Shown: positions 32,344-42,745, counted from the first letter of the stretch. The stretch is 64,000 nt of DNA from Acidimicrobiales bacterium (GCA_016794585.1 JAEUJM010000026.1:200153-264152); one strand, 5' to 3'. Program-made: numbers and translations. The notes: generated by a model from the sequence alone, not told the origin.

Positions 32344-33987
32344 ATGAGCGTGCCCTCGGGGCCGCTCACCTGCGTCGGCACCACCAACGGCGGACCGCTC
32401 GCGGTCGTGGACGGCCACGGTGGCGTCCACGACCTGGACGGCGCCTGGTCGATCGACTGGTGGGCCGGCGCCGACGACCGCTGGCACCTCGCCGGCGAGG
32501 AGGCGGCCGTGCGTCGGCGCCTCGTCGACGCCACCCCGGTGGTCGAGACCGCGATGCGCATCCCCACCGGCGACGCGGTGGCGCGGGCCTACGGCGCCCG
32601 TCTCGCGGGAGTCGCCCACGACCTCGTCGCTCTCGAGGTGGCCAACGAGACCACCCTGCCCTTCGCCCTGGCCGTGGTGTTGCACGCCGGAGCGGTCCGC
32701 GTCGACGGATCGGTCGCCGTGCTCGACGGGTCGGCGACCGTGCGCTTCGCCCGGCCACCGTCACGGGTGTTCTGCGGGGTCGACGTCGCCACCGTGCGCA
32801 CCGGGGTCCTCGCCGGCGATGCCGTCGAGCCCGCCGGCGCGGTCGAGGCGCCGGTCGTCGCCCTGCTGTTCCCGTTGGCCCACACCGCACGGCTGCGGGC
32901 CACCCTCGTGACCGCGGACGAAACGGGCGCGGACGCAGCGGGCGCGGCCGAAGACGCCGTGGGCGAAACCCCCGAGGCCGACCAGGTGGCGCGCGGCTGG
33001 CGGGCCCAGCTCGACCGGGGCGTCGCCCTACGTCTCCCCGACGAGCGCCTGACCGCCGCGGTCGACCTCGCCCGCGCCGAGGTGCTCCTCGCTGCGGGCG
33101 GCACGCTCGACCGTGCGGGCTCGGACCAGCTGGCGGCGCTGCTCGAGGCGCTCGCCCACCAGGGGTTCGTCGACGAGGCATGGGGGGTCGCAGGCGAGCT
33201 GCTCGACCGCCAGCACCTCAACGGCCGCTTCGGCCGTGGCGCCGCCGGCCGACAGGTCACCGTGGCCGTGTTGCGGGCCCTCGGCGCGCTGGCCGGCACG
33301 CACGTCGGTGCCGAGCTGGGCGAGCGCGTCGCCGGGCCCGTGGCCAAGGCCGCCCACCGGGCCGCGAAGGACGACGAGCCCGGTGCCGCTGATGCCCTCG
33401 AGGCCGCCGCGGCCCTGCTGCGGGCGGCCGACCAGCCCGACGCCGCCGCAGTGTCCGAGCGTGCCGCCGCGAAACGTCGCCCGGCGTCCCCGCCGGTCGA
33501 GCCGCTCGATCGTCTGGTGGCCCCCGGCCCCGTCCTCGGCACCGACACCGGCGATGGCGAAGCGGCCGCCGACGCCCCCTCGGGCGGGCCGCGCCCCGCC
33601 GGCGAGGGCGTCGGGCTCCGGTACGCGGTCCCGGCGGCCGCGCTCCTCGCCCGCGTCCGGCCGGGTCTCGTCGACCACTCGTCCCGCGCCGGCACCGGGC
33701 CATCCCTGGACCTGTTCGCCGGCTTCCCCTCGGCCTGGCTCGGCCAGTCCGTCGAGGTGCACGAGGCGCCCACCCGCTTCGGATCGCTCTCCTGCGCGGT
33801 GCGCTGGCACGGGGCCCGTCCGGCGTTGCTCTGGGACCTCCAGCCGCCCGAGGGCCGCGCCGTGCCGGCGGGCCTGACCCTCCGCGCCCCCGCCCTCGAC
33901 CCGTCGTGGTCCACCACCGAGCCCCGTGGCGAGGCGCTGTTGGCCGAGCCCGCTCCACCCCCGAACTTGGCGGGGTCGTTCTCTTGA
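32344..33987 (+). CDS. Hypothetical Ala-rich protein (547 aa)
   Basis: Long ORF in the same orientation as gpsA and tightly spaced after it. No motif recognised. Confidence 0.55.
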   Translation: MSVPSGPLTCVGTTNGGPLAVVDGHGGVHDLDGAWSIDWWAGADDRWHLAGEEAAVRRRLVDATPVVETAMRIPTGDAVARAYGARLAGVAHDLVALEVANETTLPFALAVVLHAGAVRVDGSVAVLDGSATVRFARPPSRVFCGVDVATVRTGVLAGDAVEPAGAVEAPVVALLFPLAHTARLRATLVTADETGADAAGAAEDAVGETPEADQVARGWRAQLDRGVALRLPDERLTAAVDLARAEVLLAAGGTLDRAGSDQLAALLEALAHQGFVDEAWGVAGELLDRQHLNGRFGRGAAGRQVTVAVLRALGALAGTHVGAELGERVAGPVAKAAHRAAKDDEPGAADALEAAAALLRAADQPDAAAVSERAAAKRRPASPPVEPLDRLVAPGPVLGTDTGDGEAAADAPSGGPRPAGEGVGLRYAVPAAALLARVRPGLVDHSSRAGTGPSLDLFAGFPSAWLGQSVEVHEAPTRFGSLSCAVRWHGARPALLWDLQPPEGRAVPAGLTLRAPALDPSWSTTEPRGEALLAEPAPPPNLAGSFS

Positions 33988-34009
33988 TGCGGTGGGGTAC
34001 AACGTGCCC

Positions 34010-35224
34010 ATGAGGTTCGGGCGGGGCAGCCAGCGCACCATCCGCGAGGTGCTCGAGGCCAAGAAGGTGCCCGAAGCCGAGATCGCCGAGGCCGAGCGCG
34101 AGGGCACCCTGCCCCTGCTCGCCATCGAGCATCTCGTGTTCGACGAGCGTCCTCAGTTCGCCGCCGCCGACGTGGCCAGCCAGGTCGGCCTGCCCGAGGA
34201 CCAGGTCGCCCACTTCTGGCGGGCCCTCGGCTTCCCCGACCCCCTCGACGGCGAGGAGGCCTTCACCAAGGTCGACCTCGAGATGATGCACATCGCGGCC
34301 AACACCATCTCCGAGGGCGTGGTCGAGCCCGACCTGGCCCTCCAGATGGCCCGCGTCATCGGCTCGTCCATGTCTCGAGTGGCCAACGCCCAGATCGCGG
34401 CGCTGGCCAGCCGGGTCACCACCGAGGCGGCGGAGGCGGCCGAGCTGGTCGAGCTCGCCGAGGCCGGCGAGATCGACCCCGACATCGTCGTGGGCCCGCC
34501 GCTGCTCGAGCGCACCGAGCTGATCCTCGACGTGATGCCGCGCATCATGGACTACGTCTGGCGTCGCCACCTCCAGGACGAGGCCCGCCGCCAGCTCCTG
34601 CGGGTGCGCGACACCGAGGGCGGCGCCGTCGTCGTCGGCTTCGCCGACCTCGTGGGCTACACCGCCCTCAGCCAGCAGGTCCCCGAGCAGGAGCTCGCCC
34701 ACCTCGTGGCCCGCTTCGAGTCCGTCGCCACCGACACCGTCGCCGGCCTCGGCGGTCGGGTCGTGAAGATGATCGGCGACGAGGTGCTCTTCACGGTCGA
34801 CGACCCCGTCAGCGGCGCCCACGTCGCCCTGGATCTCGCCGACGCCTTCCGCGAGGACGAGGCGCTCTCCGACGTGCGGGTCGGCCTCGCCCTCGGCTCG
34901 GTCATCGAGCAGGACGGCGACATCTACGGTCCGGTGGTCAACCTCGCCAACCGCATCGTCGGCATCGCCTACCCCGGCTCGGTGGTCATCTCCGAGGAGA
35001 TGCGCAACGTGCTCCGCGACGATCCCACCCTCAACCTGCGCTCCCTGCGCAGCCACACCCTCCGCGACATCGGCCGCGTGCGGCTGTGGCGCCTCCGCCG
35101 CGAGCAGGACGTCGACCACGACTCGCTCCTCGAGAAGGCGCGCCTGCGGCGGGAAGTGGGGAGAGAGTGGATCGAAGACCACTTCGGCGCCAGCCCCGAC
35201 GAGCCCTCTGCGCTTCCGGACTGA
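34010..35224 (+). CDS. Class III adenylate/guanylate cyclase with an N-terminal helical (MerR-like?) region
   Basis: Cyclase core VVVGFADLVGYTALS...VKMIGDEVLF...VRVGLALGSV...GDIYGPVVNLANR. ATG 34010 lies 23 nt after the upstream stop codon. Confidence 0.85.
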   Translation: MRFGRGSQRTIREVLEAKKVPEAEIAEAEREGTLPLLAIEHLVFDERPQFAAADVASQVGLPEDQVAHFWRALGFPDPLDGEEAFTKVDLEMMHIAANTISEGVVEPDLALQMARVIGSSMSRVANAQIAALASRVTTEAAEAAELVELAEAGEIDPDIVVGPPLLERTELILDVMPRIMDYVWRRHLQDEARRQLLRVRDTEGGAVVVGFADLVGYTALSQQVPEQELAHLVARFESVATDTVAGLGGRVVKMIGDEVLFTVDDPVSGAHVALDLADAFREDEALSDVRVGLALGSVIEQDGDIYGPVVNLANRIVGIAYPGSVVISEEMRNVLRDDPTLNLRSLRSHTLRDIGRVRLWRLRREQDVDHDSLLEKARLRREVGREWIEDHFGASPDEPSALPD

Positions 35225-35231
35225 GCGCACG

Positions 35232-35719
35232 CACGTCGTCGCTTGCTTTCCCGGTCGCCCGCCGGGCTCGTCGGCTCGCTCCTGACGCTGTCGCGGGGGC
35301 GCCTGCGGCGCGGGGCTCGGCGAAACCGTCGCTCCGCCGACGCCCCCGTCGGGCTCCCTGTCGGTCGCCGACTCCCGCGCGCTGGGTCCTCCGCCGGGTG
35401 GACGTATCGGGCCTACCGGTCCTCAGCGGGGGGCGGGGGGTCGGTGGTGGGGGGCTTCGGTGGTGGGTCCGAGTCGTCTGCCGCTCTGGACTGACCGGCT
35501 CACGTCGTCTCTCGCTCTCCCGGTCGCCCGCCGGGCTCGTCGGCTCGCTCCTGACGCTGTCGCGGGGGCGCCTGCGGCGCGGGGCTCGGCGAAACCGTCG
35601 CTCCGCCGACGTCCCCGTCGGGCTCCCTGTCGGTCGCCGACTCCCGCGCGCTGGGTCCTCCGCCGGGTGGACTCATCGGTTCCACCGGTCCTCAGCGGGG
35701 GCATGGGGTCGGTGGTGCG
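35232..35719 (+). repeat. Direct repeat, 2 x ~220 bp, period 269 bp, non-coding
   Basis: 35232..~35452 and 35501..~35719 are nearly identical (scattered substitutions, one 1-nt indel near the 3' end). The unit has several GC hairpins (CCCGG-n7-CCGGG, GCGCC-tgc-GGCGC, CCGACG-cccc-CGTCGG, GTCGG-tcg-CCGAC). Confidence 0.9.
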
Positions 35720-35786
35720 TCACGGGCCGCGCTCGGCTCGTTCTGGGTACTCGTCTGTGTGGTGAGCGCGACGGGGGAGTAGCCGG

Positions 35787-36290
35787 ATGAGGGAGGTTCC
35801 GGCGTGGGAGCATTGGGGGATGCGCCCTTGGCGAGTTGCGGGGGTCGTCCTGCTGGTCGTGCTGGCGGGGTGTTCGTTCTTCGATCGGTATCCGGACAAT
35901 GATCTGGCCGAGGAGCGGTTGCAGGAGATCGAGACGGATCCGGGGTTCTCGTTCGTGCCGCCCGGGGCCGAGCTCGCGCGGGAGATCAGCTATCGGGAGT
36001 GTCCGCCCGAGGACTCCGACTCGGAGGGTCTCTTCACGACGCGGGGGTACCGGACGGACGGGTCCCCTGAGGAGGCCTACGACGCCGTGGTGCAGAGCCT
36101 CCGCTCCGTGGGATGGACCGTCGTGAGAGAGCGCGACCGCGAAGGTGGCGTGCAGGAGGCCCGAGTGCAGCGTGACTTCGGTGGCTGGAGGGTGCAAGCG
36201 GTCGTGTCGGCTTATCCCGACGGCGAGGTCGAGGTGTACGCAGGCCTCGATGAGGAAGGGATCTGCGTGCCGCCGATCGCGGAGGGTTAG
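35787..36290 (+). CDS. Hypothetical lipoprotein
   Basis: Signal peptide plus lipobox (VVLLVVLAGCS). ATG 35787 is preceded by GGGGGAG at 7 nt. Confidence 0.65.
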   Translation: MREVPAWEHWGMRPWRVAGVVLLVVLAGCSFFDRYPDNDLAEERLQEIETDPGFSFVPPGAELAREISYRECPPEDSDSEGLFTTRGYRTDGSPEEAYDAVVQSLRSVGWTVVRERDREGGVQEARVQRDFGGWRVQAVVSAYPDGEVEVYAGLDEEGICVPPIAEG

Positions 36291-38953
36291 GACTCGTCGA
36301 GGGCGAGGGTGGCGATGCGGCCTGCGGGGAGATCGATTGTCTCCTCGAAGGGGGCCAAGGGGGTGCCCTTGAGGTCCATCAACCAGCCTTTGCGGCCGGT
36401 CACTCGGACTTCGGTCTCGGTGGTTCCGGGGTTGAAGACCCTCAGTTCCAGGCGGCCGTCGTGGCGGCGGAGGCTGCTCACGGGGGCGCCGGTCACGTCG
36501 AGGTGGGTGCCCACGTCGGGGCCCTCGCCGACGCCTCTCGCGCGGCCGGTGAGGAAGGGGAGGAAGGCGTCGTCGGCCAATGCGTAGGCGTCGACGTCGC
36601 CGATGGCGACGGCGTAGCGCATGGTCTGGGGGCCGCGCTGCTGGCTGCCCTCCATGGGGGTCTGGGGGCCGGCGGGGAGGGGGCGGTAGGGCATGGGGCC
36701 CTGGGAGAGCATGCCGGTGCAGCGCAGGAGGGTCAGGGCGACGGCGCCGGCCGTCGCGCCGGCGTCGTCGAGGTCCACCAGCTCGTACTCGAGCAGGCCC
36801 TCGTGGGCGATGGTCAGACCGCCGGCCTGCACGAAGCGGCGTGACGGGAAGGTGGGCAGGGCCCGCTCGGAGTCGCCGCCCTCGGCGACGAGGCCCCGCT
36901 CCACCATCGCGAAGGCGCACTCGGCCCGGGACGACGTCGCCCGTTCGGGCAAGGGGAACCAGGCCCGGAGGCGGTGGTCCCGGGTGGCGTTGTCGAAGGT
37001 CGTGGTGGCCCGCACGAAGGCCTCGCCGGCGTGCAGCTCGAGGCGGGTGGTGACCTCGGTGGTGACCTCGTCGTCGGTGCGGGCGTCGAGGCCGACCGCC
37101 GCCGCGGGCCAGCGGTAGGTCCGCACGACGTCGACGGTGGCCCGCACCGGACCCTCTTCGACCACGGTCACGTTGACGGCGTCGGGCGTGTCGACCTCGC
37201 GGTCGGTGGCCGGTGGGCAGTAGTTGTAGGTGTCGCCGACGTCGCCGCCGTCGACGAGGCGGCCGAGGCCGGCGTGGCCGTCGACCGAGAAGGTGCCGTC
37301 GACGGCGTCGACCACGACCGTGACGAGTCCGTTGGTCAGGGTGTGGGCGTCGGGGCACGAGACGGGGTGCGCCGGGGGTGTCGGCCGAGCCACGGCCTGC
37401 CAGCCGTAGCCGGGCACGTCGGCGACGTGGGCCAGGAGCTGCTGCTTCGCGGCCTGGCGGACCCGGATCTCGACGCGGGCATCGTCGCCCTTGTCGGCGA
37501 GCAGCGCCTCGAGGTCGTGCGTGGGGAACGAGGCCGGCACGCGCATGGCGTCGTCGACGGTGAGCACGACGAGGGCGCCCTCGTCGGTGGCCTCGATCGA
37601 GTACTGGTGGGCGCCGAGCTCGTCGACGGCCCGCGGCGCCATGTGGAGGGCCTCGTCGCGGGGGAAGCTCCCCAGGAGGCCGTCGGCCGCCCAGCGCCGC
37701 AGCACCTGGGTGCCGGGGACGTCGTCGGTGCCGGGCACGACCACGGCGGCGAGGCCGCCGCGGGTGCGGGCGCTCGGGTTCACCACCACCGTGCCCTCGT
37801 GGGCGAGGGTCATGGCGAAGCGGTCGGCGGCGCGCTTGGCCAGGCCGTCGGCGATGTCGACCGCTTCGGCGTAGCGGTGGAGCACTGCGTTGCAGACCTC
37901 GTCCACCGAACACGCGCAGATCGAGTCGTGGGCGGCGTTGTGCACGACGTGGGTCCAAGCCTCGTCGAGCAGGGTGGCCGGCCAGCGGTCGGCGGGCTGG
38001 AAGAGCGCCCACAACGGCTCGCAGCGCGCCTCGAGGGCCCGCTCGGCGGTCGCCGCCGCCCGGCGGACGTCGGTGCGGTTGGAGGCCACACCCATGAGCA
38101 GGTTCGAGTGGGCGCCGGAGCGCAGCTCACCCCGCCAGGTGGGCAGGCCGTCGGTGGGGGCGGCGGCGAGGTGCTCGGCCAGCGAGCCCACCCGCAGCTC
38201 GTAGTCGCCCTGCTCCCGGTTGGCCTCGTCGACGACGTAGCCGAGCCACGGCATGGGCACCTGGTGGTCGGTGCCGTTCATCCAGAGGATCGGGTCCGGC
38301 TCACCCTCGGCGTCGGCGAGCATCGGGCCGTAGCGTTCGACGAAGGCGTCGATGCGGGCGACCAGCTCCTTGCCCTCCATGGGCAGCACCGAGCCGTTCC
38401 CGTAGCCCTCGGGCAGGTACTCGGCGCGCACGGTCGAGCCGTCGGGCGCCTCCCACCAGAAGGCGGCCCGGCCGATGACGCTCGGTACGCCCCGCCACAC
38501 CACGGCGTGCTCGAAGCCGAACTGACGCAGGATCTGGGGCATCTGGGCGATGTGGCCGAACATGTCGGGCAGGTAGCCGACGTCCATGGCGCCGCCGAAC
38601 GAGGCTGCCCGGTCGAGGCCCTTGGCGAGGTCGCGGACGATGGTCTCGCCCGACACCAGGAACTCGTCCATGAGGATGTACCAGGGGCCCATGGCGAGGC
38701 GCCCCGAGAGGGCGAGGTGGCGCAGCCGCTCCTCCTGGTCTGGGCGTACGGCCAGGTAGTCGTCCACCACGGCCATCTGCCCGTCGAGCAGGAAATGGGC
38801 GTAGGACGGGTCCGCTTCCAGGCGGGGGAGCAGTTCGTCGAGCAGGTCGACGAGGCGCAGTCGGAAGGTCTGGAAGGGCGAGTACCACTCGCGGTCCCAG
38901 TGGGTGTGGGGGACGATGGTGACGCGGCGAGGGGGGCGATCCACGTTCGGCAT
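36287..38953 (-). CDS. GH38-family alpha-mannosidase
   Basis: VTIVPHTHWDREWY at the N-terminus, plus the length and layout of bacterial GH38 enzymes. I prefer ATG 38953 over the ORF-maximal start at 39139. Confidence 0.88.
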   Translation of the reverse strand: MPNVDRPPRRVTIVPHTHWDREWYSPFQTFRLRLVDLLDELLPRLEADPSYAHFLLDGQMAVVDDYLAVRPDQEERLRHLALSGRLAMGPWYILMDEFLVSGETIVRDLAKGLDRAASFGGAMDVGYLPDMFGHIAQMPQILRQFGFEHAVVWRGVPSVIGRAAFWWEAPDGSTVRAEYLPEGYGNGSVLPMEGKELVARIDAFVERYGPMLADAEGEPDPILWMNGTDHQVPMPWLGYVVDEANREQGDYELRVGSLAEHLAAAPTDGLPTWRGELRSGAHSNLLMGVASNRTDVRRAAATAERALEARCEPLWALFQPADRWPATLLDEAWTHVVHNAAHDSICACSVDEVCNAVLHRYAEAVDIADGLAKRAADRFAMTLAHEGTVVVNPSARTRGGLAAVVVPGTDDVPGTQVLRRWAADGLLGSFPRDEALHMAPRAVDELGAHQYSIEATDEGALVVLTVDDAMRVPASFPTHDLEALLADKGDDARVEIRVRQAAKQQLLAHVADVPGYGWQAVARPTPPAHPVSCPDAHTLTNGLVTVVVDAVDGTFSVDGHAGLGRLVDGGDVGDTYNYCPPATDREVDTPDAVNVTVVEEGPVRATVDVVRTYRWPAAAVGLDARTDDEVTTEVTTRLELHAGEAFVRATTTFDNATRDHRLRAWFPLPERATSSRAECAFAMVERGLVAEGGDSERALPTFPSRRFVQAGGLTIAHEGLLEYELVDLDDAGATAGAVALTLLRCTGMLSQGPMPYRPLPAGPQTPMEGSQQRGPQTMRYAVAIGDVDAYALADDAFLPFLTGRARGVGEGPDVGTHLDVTGAPVSSLRRHDGRLELRVFNPGTTETEVRVTGRKGWLMDLKGTPLAPFEETIDLPAGRIATLALDES

Positions 38954-39020
38954 GGTACGGCTCCACGCCCGGGGACGACCGCCGGGACTACCCTGCCGGG
39001 GACCGGATCGGGGGTTCGTC

Positions 39021-41387
39021 GTGGGGCATCGACTGGGGGCGATGGCAGCGACGTTGACCGTCGCCGTGACGTCGGTGCTCGTACTCGCCGCGCCGCCGAC
39101 GGCGACTGCCTCGCCCCCGCCGGGATGCACGGTGCTCAACCTTCCGTCAGACGCCCGGATCTACCCCGAGCCGGTGATCAGCGCGGATGGTCGATGGGTG
39201 GCCTACGCCAGCCGGGCCGACGTCGACGGTGGGAACGGCGACGGCAGCGACGAGCTCTGGGTGCTCGATCTCGCCACGAGCCGGAGGACCCAGCTCACCC
39301 ACGAGGTCCCCTCGGCCACCCCCGGGTCTTCCATCGCCTCGATCGCCATGAACCACGACGGTTCGCGACTCGCGTACACCCGCCAGGTCGGTCCGGCGTG
39401 GTCGAACGAGTACTCGGTCCGCCTTCTCAGACGCTCGACCGCGTCGGAAGCCGAGGTGGGCATCTCGAACTCCGCTCCCATCGCCCTCAGCGGCAACAGC
39501 CGGCGGCTCGCCTACACGAACCGACAGGGCCTCGTCGTGCGCAACAACGTCACCGGCGTGGCGAAGGTCATCGCGTCGGGCAACGCCTACCCGGTGCTGG
39601 GTACGTTCGACGACGAGGGCAGACGTCTCGTCTTCTGGGCCTCGGACGACCCGGTCGGGGCCAACCCGGGGCGCACCTCCCAGGTGTTCCTGCGTCTGTT
39701 CGGGACGACGGGATCGACGACGCAGCTGACCCACTCGGCGTACGCGTACACCTCGCCCCCGGTGATCAGCGGCGACGGCTCGACCGTGGCCTACATCGCC
39801 CACGACCAGGCCTCGGGTGGGTCCCCGGCCCACCCCGAGGTGTTCCGGTACCGGGCCCCGACGGGACGGACGCGCCAGGTGACCTCCACCGCGGTGATCA
39901 CCGTCGATGCGCGCAGCCGGCCCGCGGTGAGCCACGACGGCTCGATCATCGTGTTCAGCTCGTACGACGACATCGGCGGCCTCGAGGTCCAGGGCGAGGA
40001 CCTCATCCGGTACCACGCGACGACGGGTGAGTTCACCAACCTCACCCGCCTTCCCGACGAGGTGGACGCCGTGCACCCGTCGATGGACGGGTCGGCCAAC
40101 CGTGTCGTGTTCTTCGCAGGCAGCCGGTTCGACCCCGTACTCGGGGGGATTGAGTGCTCGTCGCCGGTGCCCCGGCCCACGGTCTCCGGTGTGGTCACCG
40201 ACGAGGGGAGCGGGGTGCCCGTCGTCGGCGCCTGGGTCATGGCGGTGAGCGCGAGCGGGCGGCTCGCCGCCGGCGCCGTGACCTCCACGACCGGTCGCTA
40301 CACCCTGGCCGTCCCTCCGGGCTCGTACCGGATCGAGACCATCGACCCGTCCGGTCGCCACCGGGGAGAGTGGCACGACGACCAGGGACTCGACGGCTAC
40401 GCGACGGCGCAGGTCGTGACACCTGCCCTCAATGCCTCGACGAGGGTGGACGTGGACCTCGCTCCTGCGGGGTCGTCGGCGTCGATCGCCGGTCGGGTCA
40501 CCAATGCCGACACCGGGTCGGGTCTCGAGGACGCTGTGGTCCTGGTGCTCGACGCCCTCGATCAGGTCGTGGAGGGGACGAGGACCTCCGAGGACGGTAG
40601 CTATCGGGTCGAGGGTCTCCCGGGCGGTGAGCTGCGGGTCGCCGTCGTCGAGCCTTCCGGTGCTTTCACACCCTGGCTCGACATCGGCGCCGGCACCCAT
40701 CCCTCGGTGCCCGTCGTCACGGTGCCGGGGGAGACGGTCACGGTCGACGCGCCGCTGACCCCTCGACCGGTTCCGCCCTTCGATCGCCGGGTGACGGGTG
40801 TGGTGTCCGACGCCGACGGGGCCATCGACCTCGGCACCTACGTCCTCGTCTTCGACGCCGACGACCGGTTCGTGCGGGCGGCGCCGGTCGGTGCGGCGAC
40901 CAGGGGCCGGTACTTCGTGGACCTGCCCTCGGGCTCCTTCCGCTTCCTCTTCGTCGACAGCCACGGGCTCCACGCCGGCGAGTGGTATGACGACCACGGC
41001 ATCGACGACATCGACGCCGCCGACGTCGTCACGCTTCCGCCGTCACCCGCCTCGCTCGACATCACCCTGGGTCCGGCAGGCCGGAGCGGGCAGATCTCGG
41101 GGACGGTCACCGACGGGCGCGACGGCGCTCCGCTGCTGGGTGTCTGGGTCGCCGTGATGGACGCGGCGACGGGAAGCCCCGTCAGCTCGGGTCTCACCGG
41201 TGTCGACGGCCGCTATGCCGCGGGGTCCCTTCCGGCGGGGCAGTACGTGGTGGCGTTCATCGACCCCACCGGCGAGCACGACTTCGAGTTCCACGCCGGA
41301 ACCACGCTGTTCCCGTCCGCCGCCCGTGTGGAGGTGCCTGCGGGCGCGACCACGTCGGTGGACGCCGTGCTCGACCCCCGCGCCTAG
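39021..41387 (+). CDS. Secreted protein: TolB/PD40-like beta-propeller followed by repeated carboxypeptidase-regulatory-like (CarboxypepD_reg) beta-sandwich domains
   Basis: Signal peptide (GTG 39021: VGHRLGAMAATLTVAVTSVLVLAAPPTATA). PD40-like repeats (ISADGRWVAYAS, HDGSRLAYT, GDGSTVAYIA, HDGSIIVFSS). At least 5 units of the type G.V.D...G.P..GAWV....A.....A....T...G.Y.....PG.Y. Confidence 0.8.
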   Translation: MGHRLGAMAATLTVAVTSVLVLAAPPTATASPPPGCTVLNLPSDARIYPEPVISADGRWVAYASRADVDGGNGDGSDELWVLDLATSRRTQLTHEVPSATPGSSIASIAMNHDGSRLAYTRQVGPAWSNEYSVRLLRRSTASEAEVGISNSAPIALSGNSRRLAYTNRQGLVVRNNVTGVAKVIASGNAYPVLGTFDDEGRRLVFWASDDPVGANPGRTSQVFLRLFGTTGSTTQLTHSAYAYTSPPVISGDGSTVAYIAHDQASGGSPAHPEVFRYRAPTGRTRQVTSTAVITVDARSRPAVSHDGSIIVFSSYDDIGGLEVQGEDLIRYHATTGEFTNLTRLPDEVDAVHPSMDGSANRVVFFAGSRFDPVLGGIECSSPVPRPTVSGVVTDEGSGVPVVGAWVMAVSASGRLAAGAVTSTTGRYTLAVPPGSYRIETIDPSGRHRGEWHDDQGLDGYATAQVVTPALNASTRVDVDLAPAGSSASIAGRVTNADTGSGLEDAVVLVLDALDQVVEGTRTSEDGSYRVEGLPGGELRVAVVEPSGAFTPWLDIGAGTHPSVPVVTVPGETVTVDAPLTPRPVPPFDRRVTGVVSDADGAIDLGTYVLVFDADDRFVRAAPVGAATRGRYFVDLPSGSFRFLFVDSHGLHAGEWYDDHGIDDIDAADVVTLPPSPASLDITLGPAGRSGQISGTVTDGRDGAPLLGVWVAVMDAATGSPVSSGLTGVDGRYAAGSLPAGQYVVAFIDPTGEHDFEFHAGTTLFPSAARVEVPAGATTSVDAVLDPRA

Positions 41388-41397
41388 CGTCGTGGCC

Positions 41398-42417
41398 ATG
41401 TGCGACACGCTCTGCGCCCTGGCCCCGGCGAGCGCCCTGAGGCTCACCGTCCTCGCAAAGAACTCGGACCGGCCGCCCACGGAGGCACAGCCCCTCGAAT
41501 GGCATCCGTCGCGGGAGGAGGACACCACCCGCACCACGTACCTCAGCATCGAGGGCGCCGGCCGCCCCACCGTCGGCGTGCTCGGCTCGCGGCCGTCGTG
41601 GCTCTGGGGCTTCGAGCACGGGGTGAACGAGGCTGGGGTGGCCATCGGCAACGAGGCCGTGTGGACGACGCTGGACGCCGCCGGCGCGCCCGAGGCCCTC
41701 GTCGGCATGGACCTCGTGCGCCTGGGCCTCGAGCGGGCCACGACCGCGGCGGAGGCCGTCGAGGTGATGACCACCCTTCTCGAACGTCACGGCCAGGGCG
41801 GCCCTTGCCACCCGAACGGGGGCCAGGCCTACTGGTCCTCGTTCCTCGTGGCCGACGCCGACGCCGCGTTCGTCGTCGAGACGTCGGGCACCGAGTGGGC
41901 GGTCGAGACCGTGCGCGACACCCGGGCCATCTCCAACCGCCTCACCATCCCGGACTTCTACGCCCGCCTGCACCCCGACACCGGCGGGCTCATCGAGCGC
42001 TTCGTCGACCCGAGGCTCGAGGCCAGCCAGGAGCTGCTCGCCGCCGCCCCGGGGGACATCGCGGCCACGAAGGCCCACCTGCGCAGCCACGTCGGCAACG
42101 ACGGGTACTCGGTGTGCATGCACTCGCCGGCGGCTGACGCCACCACCGCGTCGATGATCACGGTGCTCGGCGGTGAACGCCCCCGGGGCTGGTTCCTGCT
42201 CGGCCGCCCGTGCCGCTCGGTCTACGTGCCGTTGTGGGTGGGCCGCCCGCTCGGCACCCCGCCGGCCTGGGAGCGCTTCGCCGGTCTCACCGACGACGAC
42301 ATCGAGGCGGCCCGTGCCCTCGAGGCCGAGCTCGAGGCCGACTCGGCCGACGACGACGCCTGGGCGCCTGAGGCGTGGCGCCGGGTGGACGCCTTCCTCG
42401 CTGCTCGCGGCCGGTGA
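41398..42417 (+). CDS. Secernin-like C69-family Ntn-hydrolase (dipeptidase-like)
   Basis: N-terminal MCDT (Cys2 nucleophile), then VLAKNSDRPPTEAQPLEW and HGVNEAGVAIGNEAV. Confidence 0.7.
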   Translation: MCDTLCALAPASALRLTVLAKNSDRPPTEAQPLEWHPSREEDTTRTTYLSIEGAGRPTVGVLGSRPSWLWGFEHGVNEAGVAIGNEAVWTTLDAAGAPEALVGMDLVRLGLERATTAAEAVEVMTTLLERHGQGGPCHPNGGQAYWSSFLVADADAAFVVETSGTEWAVETVRDTRAISNRLTIPDFYARLHPDTGGLIERFVDPRLEASQELLAAAPGDIAATKAHLRSHVGNDGYSVCMHSPAADATTASMITVLGGERPRGWFLLGRPCRSVYVPLWVGRPLGTPPAWERFAGLTDDDIEAARALEAELEADSADDDAWAPEAWRRVDAFLAARGR

Positions 42418-42448
42418 TCACCGCGCTCGCGTGCGTTAGCGTCGGGAC

Positions 42449-42745
42449 ATGCCCAAGTTCGTCATGCTCTCGACCATCGGTCCCGACGGCTTCGCCACGC
42501 TCCGCGAGAACCCCCGGCGGCTCAAGGAGGTCAACCTCGACGTGGAGGCCATGGGCGTGAAGGTCCTGCACCAGTACGCCCTGTTCGGCCAGTACGACTT
42601 CGTCACCATCCTCGACGCCCCCGACGACGCCACCATGGCCCGGGTGGCCACCACGCTCGGCGCCCGGGGCACCCTGAAGACCACCACCCTCAAGGCCATC
42701 GAGGTCGACGACTACATCGACGCCATGGGCGAGGGGCTCGGCTAG
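42449..42745 (+). CDS. GYD-domain protein
   Basis: 98 aa. MPKFVMLST...GQYDFVTILDAPDD...TTTL. Confidence 0.8.
   Translation: MPKFVMLSTIGPDGFATLRENPRRLKEVNLDVEAMGVKVLHQYALFGQYDFVTILDAPDDATMARVATTLGARGTLKTTTLKAIEVDDYIDAMGEGLG

Noticed and set aside
35086-35790. A 234-aa ORF, and several shorter ones on both strands, spanning the 2 x 220-bp repeat.
   Set aside because: The repeat period is 269 bp, not divisible by 3. Any ORF therefore reads the two copies in different frames. The translations are Arg/Pro/Gly/Ser-rich with no motifs.
36287-36290. Overlapping convergent stop codons (TTAG) of the lipoprotein and GH38 genes.
   Set aside because: Real but trivial. Convergent genes with no spacer are common in compact genomes.
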